Of a stretch of DNA of 64,000 nucleotides, positions 63,408 through 64,000 are shown piece by piece; position 1 is the first letter of the stretch; each line of letters opens with the position of its first letter. Position numbers and translations under genes: made by a program. The notes under the pieces are model-generated. The model had not been told where the DNA came from and ran no database searches. It was given only the letters and a program-made list of their open reading frames with translations. The DNA comes from Candidatus Latescibacterota bacterium (GTDB lineage: Bacteria; Latescibacterota; UBA2968). The DNA is taken from contig OZ240241.1 in assembly GCA_965198115.1 (NCBI GenBank), forward strand, positions 2,688,001-2,752,000, in the 5' to 3' direction.

Positions 63408-64000
63408 ATGGAAACTCACGAGCGTGGACTAGGGGCGTTGATTGGCTTGCTGGCGGTTGCCAGCCTGTACATTGGGGCAGGCGAAGCCCACGCGCAGTCC
63501 GTCTTCTTTGTGCGCCTGGCTCCCGAGGTAGGCCGGATTACGGTCGAACACACCAAGGAAGTAACCATCCAGGGGGGATCGAGTTCAAGCACATCGTCCT
63601 CTTCGGGCCTCGCCCTCGCGGGCAACCTCTCGGTCGGGCTACTCTTGGAGCTCCCGGGGAGCTGGCTTGTGGGCGGCGAGATCGAAAGTGCCGTCTCCAG
63701 CCGACGCAAGCTTGAGGGCACGATTTCTCCGACCCCGAACGGGAACGTTCACGATGTCTGGCCCGGCCAGTGGGACTTCAGCGACCTGTACGGGGCGGGT
63801 GGCAACATCCTCTTCGGGCACTGGCTAGGGGACGGCCGCTCGCAGGTCTACGTCTTCGGTGGAATCCGTCGAATGTGGACCGAGTTCGCTTCCGGATCGA
63901 CGAATCCCGAGACCGGAACGGCCAGTGAAGACCGCGAGCGCCTCGCAAGATGGCCGTGGGCGATCGGCGCGGGTTCGACGTTGCACCTGAAGTGGCCGCT
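63408..64000 (+). CDS. Secreted, probable outer-membrane beta-barrel protein (runs off the window)
   Basis: Not in ORF track; METHERGLGALIGLLAVASLYIGAGEAHA-QSVFFVRL..., open to the window end, amphipathic strands WLVGGEIE, QVYVFGG, WAIGAG. Confidence 0.7.
   Translation, partial: METHERGLGALIGLLAVASLYIGAGEAHAQSVFFVRLAPEVGRITVEHTKEVTIQGGSSSSTSSSSGLALAGNLSVGLLLELPGSWLVGGEIESAVSSRRKLEGTISPTPNGNVHDVWPGQWDFSDLYGAGGNILFGHWLGDGRSQVYVFGGIRRMWTEFASGSTNPETGTASEDRERLARWPWAIGAGSTLHLKWP

Overview
GC-rich bacterial chromosomal window; lineage not established (the EF-hand/dockerin-tagged secreted protein and the many enolase/PhyH genes suggest a Latescibacterota-like organism, which is inference only). 1-20 kb: minus-strand housekeeping run (recO, ftsB-like, proB, hisF/H, proC, ilvE, an in-frame rsmA-recJ fusion, tatD, metG, holB, an amber-interrupted MalK-type ABC ATPase, rimI, tsaB, ruvCAB, yebC, short tlyA, an EF-G paralogue). 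20-25.7 kb: complete 16S-tRNAIle-tRNAAla-23S-5S operon (minus) with tandem promoters; the 16S has 4 mismatches to the EUB338/338F site. 26-49 kb: hemL, trmH, tRNA-Arg(UCG), uvrA, a degenerate class III cyclase, rfbBC, an in-frame lnt-tatC fusion, bioF, folD, a galactarate-dehydratase-II-like enolase, Zn-dehydrogenases. 49-58 kb holds the most interesting locus, visible only after removing two insertion sequences by hand: a sensor-less sigma54 activator, a -24/-12 promoter, a lipoprotein with an acidic repeat and a ZU5-like domain ending in an HFS (putative autoproteolysis) motif, a TPR protein and a STAND-like ATPase-TPR protein. The lipoprotein is split by an ISL3 (8-bp TSD) and the ATPase by an IS3-like element with an unusually long 16-bp direct repeat. 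A second ISL3 copy without a TSD, two tandem enolase paralogues, a PhyH-family dioxygenase and a partial beta-barrel gene end the window. All protein calls come from motif recognition by eye; no database searches were run.
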